Assembly (NCBI GenBank): GCA_037189525.1
Contig: JBBCJC010000003.1
Location: 384,001-448,000, forward strand
From: Gemmatimonadales bacterium
GTDB lineage: Bacteria; Gemmatimonadota; Gemmatimonadetes; Gemmatimonadales; GWC2-71-9
Direction: 5' to 3'
Length of the DNA stretch: 64,000 bases
Of this stretch, positions 43,255 through 53,332 are shown in pieces (positions within the stretch are counted from its first letter, which is position 1; each line of letters opens with the position of its first letter). The position numbers and the translations under genes are program-made. Below the pieces are notes generated by a model that was given only the letters and a program-made list of their open reading frames with translations, had not been told where the DNA came from and did not search any database.

Positions 43255-45410
43255 CCGAAGCAGTAGCAGGTGGGAGTACCGATTTCAGGGCGGCACTCGA
43301 GCGCCACGCAGATCGTCTCGATCTCGGGCTGATCGATCGCGCCCTCCAGTTCAGTGCGTCGGCCCATCGCGGCCAGAAACGCATGTCGGGCGAGGACTTC
43401 GTCTCGCACAGCATCGCGGTGGCCACGATTCTGGTCAGCCAGCTGCTGGACACCACCTCGATTGCTGCCGCGCTGCTCCACGATGTGGTCGAGGACTCGG
43501 AAGTCACGGTGGCGGACATCGCGACCGAGTTCGGACCGGAAGTGGCCGGGCTGGTCGATGGTCTCACCAAGATTTCCCATCTGACCTTCCGCTCGCGGGC
43601 CGAAGAGCAGGTCGAGAACTATCGTAAGCTGCTGCTCTCGATTGCCAAGGATGCCCGGGTCATCATCATCAAGCTGGCCGACCGGCTCCACAACATGCGC
43701 ACTCTGGAGCACCTCCCGCCGGAGCGGCGGGAGCGGATTGCGCTCGAGACCCGGGAGATCTACGCGCCGCTGTCGCACCGCTTCGGCATGGCCAAGGTCA
43801 AGGCCGAGCTGGAAGACCTGGCGTTCAAGTTCCTGGAGCCCGAGGAATATGTCGGTCTTGCGCGGCAAGTGGCGGCGAAGCGCGCCGAGCGGGAAGAGAT
43901 GATCGAGGCGCTGCGCAAGCCGCTGGAGGAAGAACTGGTGCGTGCCGGGCTGACGGCCGAGGTGACCGGCCGGCCCAAGCATCTCTGGTCGATCTACCAG
44001 AAGATGCGCAAGCGCGGGATGCCGTTCGAGCAGGTCTACGACATGATGGCGCTCCGGATCCTGGTCGATTCGGTGCCGGCCTGCTATCACGTCCTGGGCA
44101 TCATCCACCACACTTGGACGCCGATTCAGGAGCGGATCAAAGACTACATCGCGTCGCCCAAGTCGAACGGCTATCAGTCGCTGCACACCACCATCTTCGG
44201 GCCGAACGGGCAGCTCTACGAAGTGCAGATTCGTACGCCCGAGATGCATCGGACGGCGGAGTTCGGCATCGCGGCCCACTGGCTCTACAAAGCGGATCGG
44301 GGCGGCCGTGACGAACTCGATCAGCACTTCGAATGGTTTCGTCAGCTGCTGGAGTTGCAGCAGGATGCGCACGGGCAGGAGGAGTTCCTCGAGTTCCTCA
44401 AGCTCGACCTCTATCAGGACGAGATCTTCGTGTTCACGCCGGAGGGCGACGTCAAGCAGCTCCCCAAGGGGGCGACGGCGATCGACTTTGCCTTTCATGT
44501 CCACAGCCAGGTCGGGTTGCGCTGCCAGGGAGCCAAGATCAACGGCCGCATCGCGCCGTTGCATCGCGAACTCAAGAACGGCGACACGGTCGAGATTCTG
44601 ACCTCGCCGAACGCGAAGCCGAGTCGCGACTGGCTCAATCACGTCAGAACCGCCCGGGCCCGTCAGCGAATCAAGTCCTGGGTCCGGCACGAAGAAGAGA
44701 CGATGAGCATCACGCTGGGTCGGGATATCCTGAACCGTGAGCTCAAGCGTCGCCGGCTCGATCCGCCCGATTCGGCCACGATCGAACGGGCAGCCAAGTC
44801 GGTCAGTCTGGCGGATACCCGCGCGCTCGAGGCCGCCATCGGACGGGGCGACCTGGCCATCGGGGCGGTGATGCGGGCACTCTATCCCGATCTGACCGAA
44901 GAAGACCTGCGCGAGCCCAAGCCGACCGTCTTTGGCCGGATGCTCAACCGGATCAGGCTCGGCCGCGGCATCAAGATTCAGGGGGTCGACGGCCTGCTGG
45001 TCCGATACGCTCAGTGTTGCCAGCCGGTGCCTGGCGACACGGTGGTCGGCTATGTGACTCAAGGGCGGGGCATCTCGATTCACCGGGCCGATTGTCCCAA
45101 CCTGCTGTCGATCCAGGAGGGCGACCGCCGGGTCGAGATCGACTGGCAGGAGCAGGAGGGAGAATCCTTTGCAGTCCGGCTGGTGCTGAACGCGGAAGAC
45201 CGGCGGGGACTCTATGCCGACATTCTCCAGGCGGTGAGCGCGTCGGGCACCAATATTCGCCGGGCCGACCTGCACACCAAGGACGGGTCGGCCTTCGGTA
45301 CCATCTTCATCGAAGTCGACAACCTTGCGCACCTTGCGAAGGTGCTGCGGGTGATCCGGCGCGTGAAGGGGGTCGTGTCCGTCGACCGGCGCGAAGTGAC
45401 GACCCACTGA
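43251..45410 (+). CDS. relA: bifunctional (p)ppGpp synthetase/hydrolase (long RSH)
   Basis: Intact HD (LHDVVED), RIKDYI, YQSLHTT; TGS, CCQPVPGD and ACT domains. Confidence 0.96.
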   Translation: MTEAVAGGSTDFRAALERHADRLDLGLIDRALQFSASAHRGQKRMSGEDFVSHSIAVATILVSQLLDTTSIAAALLHDVVEDSEVTVADIATEFGPEVAGLVDGLTKISHLTFRSRAEEQVENYRKLLLSIAKDARVIIIKLADRLHNMRTLEHLPPERRERIALETREIYAPLSHRFGMAKVKAELEDLAFKFLEPEEYVGLARQVAAKRAEREEMIEALRKPLEEELVRAGLTAEVTGRPKHLWSIYQKMRKRGMPFEQVYDMMALRILVDSVPACYHVLGIIHHTWTPIQERIKDYIASPKSNGYQSLHTTIFGPNGQLYEVQIRTPEMHRTAEFGIAAHWLYKADRGGRDELDQHFEWFRQLLELQQDAHGQEEFLEFLKLDLYQDEIFVFTPEGDVKQLPKGATAIDFAFHVHSQVGLRCQGAKINGRIAPLHRELKNGDTVEILTSPNAKPSRDWLNHVRTARARQRIKSWVRHEEETMSITLGRDILNRELKRRRLDPPDSATIERAAKSVSLADTRALEAAIGRGDLAIGAVMRALYPDLTEEDLREPKPTVFGRMLNRIRLGRGIKIQGVDGLLVRYAQCCQPVPGDTVVGYVTQGRGISIHRADCPNLLSIQEGDRRVEIDWQEQEGESFAVRLVLNAEDRRGLYADILQAVSASGTNIRRADLHTKDGSAFGTIFIEVDNLAHLAKVLRVIRRVKGVVSVDRREVTTH

Positions 45411-45504
45411 CCGGTTGCCGGGCAGGAGGGCGGTGAGGTAAAGCGGGGATCGGCGCCGTCAGCGGCGCACGCGGGTGTACTCGAACCGAACCACAGGGGT
45501 TGCC

Positions 45505-45924
45505 GTGGCCAATCGTTGGTTGCTCAAGACCGAACCGTCGACATACTCGTATGCGGACCTCGAACGCGAGGGGCGCGCCGTCTGGGACGGCGTGGCCAAT
45601 GCGGTGGCCCTCAGGAACATGCGCGCCATGGCGGCGGGAGACCTCTGTTTCATCTATCACACGGGTGACGAGAAGCAGATCGTCGGCATCGCGAAAGTGA
45701 CCAAGGCGGCCTATCCCGACCCGAAGGGGAGCGATCCCCGGATGGTCGTGATCGATCTGGAACCAGTTCGGAAGCTGGCTCGGCCGGTGACGCTCGCCGA
45801 GGTCAAGGCCGACCCCCGGTACGCGGACTGGGAACTGGTTCGCCAGGCCCGGCTTTCGGTCATGCCGGTCACGGCCGAGCGGTGGGGCTGGGTCGAAACG
45901 GCGAGCAAAGCCAAGGCGCCGTAG
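45505..45924 (+). CDS. EVE domain protein
   Basis: WLLKTEP, WDGVAN, FIYHTG, AYPDP, RLSVMPV. Confidence 0.92.
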   Translation: MANRWLLKTEPSTYSYADLEREGRAVWDGVANAVALRNMRAMAAGDLCFIYHTGDEKQIVGIAKVTKAAYPDPKGSDPRMVVIDLEPVRKLARPVTLAEVKADPRYADWELVRQARLSVMPVTAERWGWVETASKAKAP

Positions 45925-45967
45925 AGGGCCGAACAAAAACCGATACCCGTGTTATATTGGGTACCCC

Positions 45968-48040
45968 ATGTCGAGCCCGCCGTTTGAAGTCATTGCGCCG
46001 TTTCTCCCCGCAGGCGACCAGCCCGCCGCCATCGATGCCCTGACGGCAGGGCTTCAGGCCGGGCAGAAGTACCAGACCCTGCTCGGCGTGACCGGATCGG
46101 GCAAGACGCTGACGCTGGCGCACACGATTGCCAACTACGGCAAGCCGACGCTGGTGCTCTCGCACAACAAGACGCTGGCGGCGCAGTTGTACGGGGAACT
46201 GAAGCAGTTCCTGCCCAACAACGCGGTCGAGTACTTCGTCTCGTATTACGACTATTACCAGCCCGAAGCGTACGTCCCCTCGAGCGACCTCTACATCGAA
46301 AAGGACGCCTCGATCAACGAGGACATCGAGTCGCTCCGGCTCCGGGCCACCTCGAGTCTGATGGAGCGCGAGGACGTGGTCATCGTCGCCACGGTCAGCG
46401 CCATCTACGGCTTGGGCGATCCGGCCACCTACCGGAGCATGATGTTCAATCTCCGGGTCGGTCAGGAGCGGGGGCGGGATGCCATCCTGTCCGACCTGGT
46501 GGCCATCCAGTATCACCGGAACGACGTCTCGTTCGATCCCGGATCGTTCCGGGTCCGGGGCGACACGGTGGAAATCTTCCCCGCCTATGCGGAGCAGGCG
46601 GTACGGGTCGAGCTCTGGGGCGACGTGATCGAGCGGATCACCAAGATCCATCCGGTCTCCGGTAAGACCATCGCCCAGCTGGAGCATTGCGCCATCTTTC
46701 CCGCCAAGCACTTCGTGACCGAGCGGCCAGCCATCGAACGGGCCGTGGGGTTGATTCGTGCGGAGCTGGCGGAGCGCCTGATGGAGCTGCGGGTGGCGGG
46801 GAAGTTGCTGGAGGCGCAGCGGCTCGAGTCGCGCACCAATTTCGACATCGACATGCTGCTCGAGATCGGTACCTGCCCGGGCATCGAGAATTACTCGCGG
46901 CTGATTTCGGGGCGCCAGGCGGGCGAGCGGCCAGCCTGTCTGATCGACTACTTCCCGGCGGACTTCCTGGTGGTGGTCGACGAGTCCCACGTCAGCCTGC
47001 CGCAGATCGGCGGGATGTTCAACGGCGACCGCGCCCGCAAGCAGACCCTCGTCGAATACGGCTTCCGGCTACCCTCGGCGCTCGATAACCGCCCGCTGCA
47101 TTTCGACGAGTTCATGGCGCTCGCTCCGCAGATGCTGTCGGTCTCTGCCACGCCCGGAGAATTCGAGTTGGGCTTGTCGGAAGGGCAGGTCGTCGAGCAG
47201 ATCATCCGGCCCACCTTCCTGGTCGACCCGCGGGTCGAGATCCGGCCGGTCCGGGGCCAGGTGGACGATCTGCTGGGCGAGATCCGGGAGCGGGTGCGCC
47301 TCCGCGAGCGCGTCCTGGTGACCACGCTCACCAAGCGGATGGCCGAAGATCTCTCAGACTACCTGCAACAGGTCGGTGTCCGGGTGCGCTATCTCCATTC
47401 CGACATCGATGCCATCGAGCGGATGGAGATTCTTCGCGGGCTCCGGTTGGGTGATTTCGATGTCCTGGTGGGCATCAACCTGCTGCGCGAGGGCCTCGAC
47501 CTGCCGGAGGTGTCGCTGGTTGCGATTCTCGACGCGGATCAGGAAGGCTTTCTGCGGAGCGACCGTTCGCTGATCCAGACCGTCGGCCGGGCCGCCCGCA
47601 ATCTCAACGGGCTCGGCATCCTGTACGCCGATAAGGTGACCGGCTCGATGCGGCGCGCGCTCGACGAGATGGATCGCCGCCGTGCGCGGCAGCTGGCGTA
47701 CAACGCCGAGCACGGCGTCACGCCCCGGTCGATCACCAAGTCGTTCGACGAAGTGCGGCTCTCGACCTACGTGGCGGATGCGCGGACCGAGCGCCCGACC
47801 GGCAAGGACAAGCGGGAAGCGCCGGTGGCGCCCGACCTGCGCGATCCGGCCTCGCGCGCCAAGGCCATGCAGGCGCTCGAACATCAGATGCGGGAAGCGG
47901 CGGCCAATCTCGAGTTCGAGCTGGCGGCAATGCTCCGGGACCAACTCAACGAACTGCGGGCGCTGGACACGGGCAACGTCTCCCGGCCCTCCATGGGGTC
48001 GGGCCAGCCTCGGCGGATGGCCCGGCGGGGGCGGCGTTAG
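45968..48040 (+). CDS. uvrB: excinuclease ABC subunit B
   Basis: [41 protein letters not shown]-terminal UVR domain. Confidence 0.98.
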   Translation: MSSPPFEVIAPFLPAGDQPAAIDALTAGLQAGQKYQTLLGVTGSGKTLTLAHTIANYGKPTLVLSHNKTLAAQLYGELKQFLPNNAVEYFVSYYDYYQPEAYVPSSDLYIEKDASINEDIESLRLRATSSLMEREDVVIVATVSAIYGLGDPATYRSMMFNLRVGQERGRDAILSDLVAIQYHRNDVSFDPGSFRVRGDTVEIFPAYAEQAVRVELWGDVIERITKIHPVSGKTIAQLEHCAIFPAKHFVTERPAIERAVGLIRAELAERLMELRVAGKLLEAQRLESRTNFDIDMLLEIGTCPGIENYSRLISGRQAGERPACLIDYFPADFLVVVDESHVSLPQIGGMFNGDRARKQTLVEYGFRLPSALDNRPLHFDEFMALAPQMLSVSATPGEFELGLSEGQVVEQIIRPTFLVDPRVEIRPVRGQVDDLLGEIRERVRLRERVLVTTLTKRMAEDLSDYLQQVGVRVRYLHSDIDAIERMEILRGLRLGDFDVLVGINLLREGLDLPEVSLVAILDADQEGFLRSDRSLIQTVGRAARNLNGLGILYADKVTGSMRRALDEMDRRRARQLAYNAEHGVTPRSITKSFDEVRLSTYVADARTERPTGKDKREAPVAPDLRDPASRAKAMQALEHQMREAAANLEFELAAMLRDQLNELRALDTGNVSRPSMGSGQPRRMARRGRR

Positions 48041-48044
48041 GCCG

Positions 48045-48452
48045 ATGCGCCGCCTCGTGAACGAGTCCCAACTGGCCGCGCTGGGTGAGCAGATCGGACG
48101 CAACCTGACGCGCCATGGCGTGGTCTGGCTCGAGGGAGAAATGGGCGCCGGCAAGACGACGATGGTGCAGAGCCTGGTGCGGGGCCTCGGGGTAGTCGGT
48201 GAGGTGACCAGTCCGACCTACGGGTTGGTCCATCGATATGAGAGCCCGCTTGGTCCGGTCTATCATGTCGATTGCTATCGGCTGTCCCGTCCGGAGGAGA
48301 GCCGGGACATCGATTGGGATTCTCTGGTGCAGGGGCAGGCGCTCCTGGTCGAATGGCCCGAGCGGGCCGCCGGATGGATTCCGGAGCCGAGCCATCGGAT
48401 TCGCCTCGAGTATGCCGACGATCCCGACAACCGCTGGATCTCCATCTCATGA
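48045..48452 (+). CDS. tsaE: tRNA t6A biosynthesis ATPase TsaE
   Basis: GEMGAGKTT, VTSPTY, HVDCYRL, VEWPER. Confidence 0.94.
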   Translation: MRRLVNESQLAALGEQIGRNLTRHGVVWLEGEMGAGKTTMVQSLVRGLGVVGEVTSPTYGLVHRYESPLGPVYHVDCYRLSRPEESRDIDWDSLVQGQALLVEWPERAAGWIPEPSHRIRLEYADDPDNRWISIS

Positions 48453-49162
48453 TCGTGCTTGCGCTTGATGCGGCCACGGATCGTCTCTCGGTTGCTGCGG
48501 GCCAGCCCCGGGGCCGGCAGGCCATGCGCGGGTTGCGGGGTGCGCGCCGGCATGCCGGTGCGTTACCGCAGTTGGTCGACGAGGTGCTGGCCGAAATCGG
48601 GGTGAGCCTGGATCAGGTCGAGGCGCTTGCCGTGAGCGACGGTCCCGGCAGCTTTACCGGTCTTCGGGTCGCCGCCTCGTGGGCCAAAGCGGTCTGGCGT
48701 GTCCGATCGCTGCCGTTCTGGACCGCGTCGACCCTGCTGGTGCGCGCGGCTCGTCATGCGGAGCCGGGGGTGGATCTGATCGGGGTCGGATCGGCGCTCC
48801 GGGGTGAGGTCTATGCGGCGGGATATCGGGTGACGGATCACGGAATCGAGACCATATTCGCCCCATCAGTGGCGAGCCCGGGGCGGGGTCACCTCCAGGA
48901 TCGGACGGTGGACCTCCTGGTCGGCGACCTTCCCGAAGCCGAAATGGCCTCGTGGGGTCTGGCCCGCCGAGTGGTGGCGGGTGAGGAGGGGCAGCCCGAT
49001 GCGCGGACCCTGATCGATCTGGTCGGGGTTCCTGGCGGGGCCCGGTTGATCGACGCGCCGTCGGAGTGGGAGCCGGAGTACGGGCGGCCCGCCGAAGCCC
49101 AGGCAAAGTGGGAGCAGGCCCATGGCCGACCGTTATCGGATTCGACCGGCCGACCCGGCTGA
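48449..49162 (+). CDS. tsaB: tRNA t6A biosynthesis protein TsaB
   Basis: VLALDAAT, GPGSFTGLRV, RGEVY, EPEYGR. Confidence 0.92.
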   Translation: MIVLALDAATDRLSVAAGQPRGRQAMRGLRGARRHAGALPQLVDEVLAEIGVSLDQVEALAVSDGPGSFTGLRVAASWAKAVWRVRSLPFWTASTLLVRAARHAEPGVDLIGVGSALRGEVYAAGYRVTDHGIETIFAPSVASPGRGHLQDRTVDLLVGDLPEAEMASWGLARRVVAGEEGQPDARTLIDLVGVPGGARLIDAPSEWEPEYGRPAEAQAKWEQAHGRPLSDSTGRPG

Positions 49163-49592
49163 TATCGACGCCCTGGCCGGGGCGGAGAAGCGGTCTTTCT
49201 CCGACCCCTGGAGCCGGGCGGGGATCACGGAGCTGTTCGATAACGAAACAGTTCGGGGCTTTGTCGCCGTCGACGATGGTCCGGAAATGCGCCTTGCAGG
49301 ATACGTCTTTGCTCGAGTCGTTGCGGGTGAGGCGGAGATTCTGAACATTGCAGTCGTGCCGGAGGATCGGCGGTCCGGGTTGGGACGGCGCCTGCTCGAA
49401 GTGGTACTCGAAGCGGTGCGATCGGCGGGGGCAGAGTCCGTCTTTCTCGAGGTCAGGGAATCGAACGAGGCCGCCAAGCGCCTCTATGGTGGCCTGGGGT
49501 TTCGCCCGATAGGATTTCGGGCGGATTACTATCGCAAACCACGTGAACATGCCCTGGTTTTGCGACTCGACCTCAAAATGGTGTTGATTTGA
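49122..49592 (+). CDS. rimI: ribosomal protein S18 alanine N-acetyltransferase
   Basis: FSDPWS, EILNIAV, RRSGLG, FLEVRESN, RADYY. Confidence 0.92.
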   Translation: MADRYRIRPADPADIDALAGAEKRSFSDPWSRAGITELFDNETVRGFVAVDDGPEMRLAGYVFARVVAGEAEILNIAVVPEDRRSGLGRRLLEVVLEAVRSAGAESVFLEVRESNEAAKRLYGGLGFRPIGFRADYYRKPREHALVLRLDLKMVLI

Positions 49593-49690
49593 TACATTGT
49601 GCGTAAGTTTGGTAACAGTAATGACTTGTGACGCCGCTACCGTGGTGGTGTCCCCGGTGGTCCTGCCCTGAATCGTTAGGAGAGTTCGCC

Positions 49691-50164
49691 ATGAGCCGCA
49701 GTCTCAACAAAGTCACCCTGATCGGGAATCTCGGTTCGGATCCTGAGGTCCGGAGTACCGCCAACGGAGGCCGGGTTGCCACTTTGTCGGTGGCCACGGG
49801 CCGCCGGTGGAAGGGGCAGAGCGGCGACATGCAGGAAAAGACCGAGTGGCACCGGGTGGTGCTCTGGAACAACAAAGGCTCGAACCTTGCTGACATCGCC
49901 GAGCGGTATTGTAAGAAGGGCGACAAAGTCTACGTCGAAGGGTCCATCGAGTACCGGAGCTGGCAGGACAAGGAGGGGCAGACTCGGTACACCACCGAGA
50001 TCACTGCCCGCGAACTGATCCTGCTCTCCGGTCGGGGTGGTCCCGACGGCGAGTCCTTCTCCCCGGCCCGGGCCAGCGCTGCGGCTCCGGCGGCGGGCAA
50101 GAAGGAGTCGTTTGATGATTTCCCGGAGGCGCTCGATGCCGAGGAAGATGATTTGCCGTTCTAA
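49691..50164 (+). CDS. ssb: single-stranded DNA-binding protein
   Basis: SLNKVTLIGNLGSDPE, TEWHRVV, C-terminal DDLPF; AGGAG RBS. Confidence 0.97.
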   Translation: MSRSLNKVTLIGNLGSDPEVRSTANGGRVATLSVATGRRWKGQSGDMQEKTEWHRVVLWNNKGSNLADIAERYCKKGDKVYVEGSIEYRSWQDKEGQTRYTTEITARELILLSGRGGPDGESFSPARASAAAPAAGKKESFDDFPEALDAEEDDLPF

Positions 50165-51308
50165 GTTGTTCGCAAGCCTGGTTCTGCTGGGCGCCGCGGC
50201 CGTTCCGTTTTCGGCCGCGGTATCCCAGGCGGCCAGCCGTCCGTCCGCGACCTACACGGTCCGGCCGGGCGACACCCTGTTCTCGATTGCCCGGCAGCTG
50301 CTGGGCGACCACCACCAGTGGAGCCGGATCTACGAGCTGAATCGCGATGTGCTCGGCAATCCGAATCGGATCGAACCGGGCCAGGTGCTGCGAATGCCGT
50401 TCGAAGGCGAGACGGCACGTCCCGCCGAACCGGCGCCTGCAGTGGACACGCCCGCGGCAGCTCCGGATGTCAAGCTTCCGACTCCGCAGCGTCCTGCCCG
50501 CGGCGTCGTGGTCTTTCCGAGCGAGCCGACCGAAGCCCAGCAGGATACGACCTTCCGTCGGCGCCGCGCGGTCGATGCGACCTCCGCGCTTCGGACCTAC
50601 CGGGACCAGCCGTACCGCGCCTTGCGGTCGGGGGAGTTCCATTCGGCCGGCTTTCTGACCGAAGATGCCGCGTTGCCCTACGGCACGCTGCTCGGCACCG
50701 TCACGCCGCCGCAGATTCGCAACATGACCAATCGGACCTCGGCCACGCTGCATACCACGGTGGCGGTTCGGGCTCCTGAGGGCGCCACCTACCGGGTTGG
50801 CGACTCGCTGCTCGTGGTGCAGTTGCAGCCCGGGCCGGCCGGGTTCGGCCAGATCGTGTTGCCGACGGGCATGGTCCGTATCACCGAAGAAACCGGGGCG
50901 CAGTTGATCGGCACCGTGGTGGCAGTGTACGGACCGATTCGGAACGAGCAGCTCCTCCTGCCGGTCGAGCCGTTTACGGATGGCGGCAGCAGCCGGGCCC
51001 AGCCGGTGGCCGATGGAGTGACCGGGACGGTCCTGGCGCGCCGCGAACTGCGTGAGCTCGCCCAGCCCCAGCAGTTCCTCTTCATCGACCGGGGCAGCCG
51101 GGATGGTGTTGCGCGCGGCGACCTCTTCGAGATCCGCCGAGCCCCCGACGCCCGAAACGGCGATGCCGGGACCATCGATGAGCTGATGGCCGTGGTTCAG
51201 GTCGTCCACGTCCGCGAGCGGAGCGCGACGGTCCGGATCGTCAACGTGATCTCGCCGGATGTCCCGCCGGGCACCCCCATCAAGCAGGTCGGCAAGCTGC
51301 CAACCTGA
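50148..51308 (+). CDS. LysM peptidoglycan-binding protein (TsaP-like architecture)
   Basis: Signal peptide; YTVRPGDTLFSIA...NPNRIEPGQVL LysM; C-terminal FIDRGSRDGVARGD (FlgT-C-like). Confidence 0.85.
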   Translation: MICRSKLFASLVLLGAAAVPFSAAVSQAASRPSATYTVRPGDTLFSIARQLLGDHHQWSRIYELNRDVLGNPNRIEPGQVLRMPFEGETARPAEPAPAVDTPAAAPDVKLPTPQRPARGVVVFPSEPTEAQQDTTFRRRRAVDATSALRTYRDQPYRALRSGEFHSAGFLTEDAALPYGTLLGTVTPPQIRNMTNRTSATLHTTVAVRAPEGATYRVGDSLLVVQLQPGPAGFGQIVLPTGMVRITEETGAQLIGTVVAVYGPIRNEQLLLPVEPFTDGGSSRAQPVADGVTGTVLARRELRELAQPQQFLFIDRGSRDGVARGDLFEIRRAPDARNGDAGTIDELMAVVQVVHVRERSATVRIVNVISPDVPPGTPIKQVGKLPT

Positions 51309-51340
51309 CCGATCGACCGACAGCAGCAGATTGAATCGCG

Positions 51341-51372
51341 CGGGGCCGTCCATAACGGCCCCGTGTGCTTTT
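51341..51372 (+). terminator. probable intrinsic terminator after the LysM gene
   Basis: CGGGGCCGT-ccata-ACGGCCCCG then TGTGCTTTT. Confidence 0.6.
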
Positions 51373-51488
51373 ATCTTGTTGTCTGTCAACGTCGATGAGC
51401 CTTGGGCGTCTCCCCTCGCCAGGTGCTCGGGACGGCCGCGGTTTCCCCGACAGGGACCGCGGTAAGAGCCTTCAATTGAGGAGAGTGG

Positions 51489-52205
51489 ATGCTTTTCGCC
51501 ATCCAAGGGTCCGACGTCGCTCCAGGGTCCGTGCGAGAACTGCTCGCGATCGCCACGCCGATTACGCTGGTCGTGCTCGCCGTCATTGCCATCCTCTCCC
51601 TCTACTCCTGGTTCGTGATGGGAGTGAAATGGTGGCAGTTCCGTAAAATCCGAAAACAGGCCGACCGGTTCTTCACGGCGATCGAGGGAGCGCCCAAGCT
51701 GCCCGACGCCTATCGCGTCGTGATGAAGCTGCCGCCGTCGCCCTTCAACCGCCTGTTTCGCGAGGCCATGAATTTCTACGGCGAACTGGTGCCAGGCTTC
51801 ACGCGGGAAGGGCCGACCGAAAAGGTCGGGCTCACGCCGACCCAGCTCGATGCGTTCAAGATGATGCTGGCCAAGGAGGTCGGGACCGAGCGGGATGCCG
51901 CGACGCGAAGCGTCTCGTCGCTGGCGACGGTCGGCACGGTCAGTCCCCTCCTGGGTCTGCTTGGTACGGTGCTCGGCGTGATGCACACCTTCGTGGGCCT
52001 GGGTTCCAAGGGAAGCGGGAACATTGCCGCCGTGGCGCCGGGTATTGCTGACGCGCTGATTGCGACCGCGGGCGGCATCGGGGCCGCCATCCCCGCGCTG
52101 ATGGCGTACAACTATTTCGCCAATCGGATTTCGCAGTTCGAGTCCGAGCTCGAAGGGTTTGCCAACGGCCTGGTCGGCTGGATGGCGCGGGAAGGGTGGT
52201 TGTAG
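51489..52205 (+). CDS. tolQ: TolQ (MotA/TolQ/ExbB proton channel)
   Basis: SPLLGLLGTVLGVM, VAPGIADALIATA, AIPALMAYN; heads tol-pal cluster. Confidence 0.9.
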   Translation: MLFAIQGSDVAPGSVRELLAIATPITLVVLAVIAILSLYSWFVMGVKWWQFRKIRKQADRFFTAIEGAPKLPDAYRVVMKLPPSPFNRLFREAMNFYGELVPGFTREGPTEKVGLTPTQLDAFKMMLAKEVGTERDAATRSVSSLATVGTVSPLLGLLGTVLGVMHTFVGLGSKGSGNIAAVAPGIADALIATAGGIGAAIPALMAYNYFANRISQFESELEGFANGLVGWMAREGWL

Positions 52206-52208
52206 CCG

Positions 52209-52640
52209 ATGGCGGGCGGGATCAGCGGAGCCAGCGTCGGGCGCAAACGCCTCGCGGTCAATACCGAAGTCAACATGACGCCGCTGGTCGACGTGGCGCT
52301 CGTGTTGCTCATCATCTTCATGATTACGGCGCCCATCATGATGGGCGGGGTCGACGTCCAGTTGCCTCAGGCCTCGGCGACCCCGTTGGCGGCCAAGGAT
52401 GGCGTGGTCATCACGGTCGATCGCAACGGGCAGGTCTTCGTCGATGACATCCCGGTGTCGGCGGCCGAGTTGCAGGCCACGGTCCGCCGGTTGATGGATC
52501 AGCGGAATGCGTCCGGCGTCTATGTCCGGGGCGATCGGGCGACGCCGTACGGCAACGTGGTGCGGGTGATTGCCGCGCTGCACCAGGCGGGGATCACCTC
52601 CGCCGGGTTGGTAACTGAAGAGGAAGACATCCGACGATGA
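52209..52640 (+). CDS. tolR: TolR (ExbD/TolR)
   Basis: VNMTPLVDVALVLLIIFMITAP, RGDRATPYG. Confidence 0.92.
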   Translation: MAGGISGASVGRKRLAVNTEVNMTPLVDVALVLLIIFMITAPIMMGGVDVQLPQASATPLAAKDGVVITVDRNGQVFVDDIPVSAAELQATVRRLMDQRNASGVYVRGDRATPYGNVVRVIAALHQAGITSAGLVTEEEDIRR

Positions 52641-53332
52641 TCTTTCGGCGCGCGACGGGGTGGTCTCGGGAAGGGGTCCTGGCCGGGGTGGGGGGGACGC
52701 TTGCCGTGCACGCGCTGCTGGTCGCGGTGCTGTTGATCTCGTCGCGCGGGTCCAGTGGTCCGGCGCCGATCGTCTACTCCGTGAACCTGGTCGCGGCGCC
52801 TGCGCCGACCACGTCGACCGCGCGGGTGGTGCCGCCCTCGGTGCCACCGCCGCCGCCGGCGCCGCCCAAGGTGTCGCCGGCTCCCTCACCGGTGCCGCGC
52901 CGCACTCCGCAGCGGACGCCGCCGCCGACGGTCGACCCGAAGGCCACGCCGGCTCCGCCGACACGGACCCAGAATCAGCCGGTCCCGGGGGCCACGCCGA
53001 GCACCGGTACCGACGTGGACAACGTCCGGGTCCAGGGTGTCGCCTTTCCGTATCCGGACTATCTCAACCGGATCGTCAATGAAATATTGCGTCGCTGGGC
53101 GCGGCCGGTCGGGGCCGGGGCGCTCGAGGCGGAGATCAGTTTTACGGTAATGCGGGACGGCTCGGTCAAGGATATCCGAGTGCTCCGGTCGTCGCGCAAT
53201 TACACCTTTGATTTGGAAGCGCAGGGGGCCGTCGAGCAGGCGGCTGAAGACCGGGCGTTTGGTCCGCTGCCAGCAGGGTGGGGATCCGACATACTGCAGG
53301 TGGCGTTTTCCTTCACGCCGAGGAGGCGGTGA
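52637..53332 (+). CDS. tolA: TolA/TonB C-terminal domain protein with Pro-rich linker
   Basis: N-terminal TM with His, Pro-rich spacer, TonB_C-like domain; lies between tolR and tolB. Confidence 0.8.
   Translation: MIFRRATGWSREGVLAGVGGTLAVHALLVAVLLISSRGSSGPAPIVYSVNLVAAPAPTTSTARVVPPSVPPPPPAPPKVSPAPSPVPRRTPQRTPPPTVDPKATPAPPTRTQNQPVPGATPSTGTDVDNVRVQGVAFPYPDYLNRIVNEILRRWARPVGAGALEAEISFTVMRDGSVKDIRVLRSSRNYTFDLEAQGAVEQAAEDRAFGPLPAGWGSDILQVAFSFTPRRR

Noticed and set aside
51425..51465. GC-rich hairpin in the tolQ leader
   Set aside because: A single stem with no recognisable motif; expected by chance at this GC content
50001..52964. 987-aa minus-strand ORF, and similar long antisense ORFs (43152-45407, 25223-27103, 59714-61573, 6221-7729)
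   Set aside because: Shadow frames of well-supported + strand genes in GC-rich DNA; Arg/Pro-rich and without recognisable motifs
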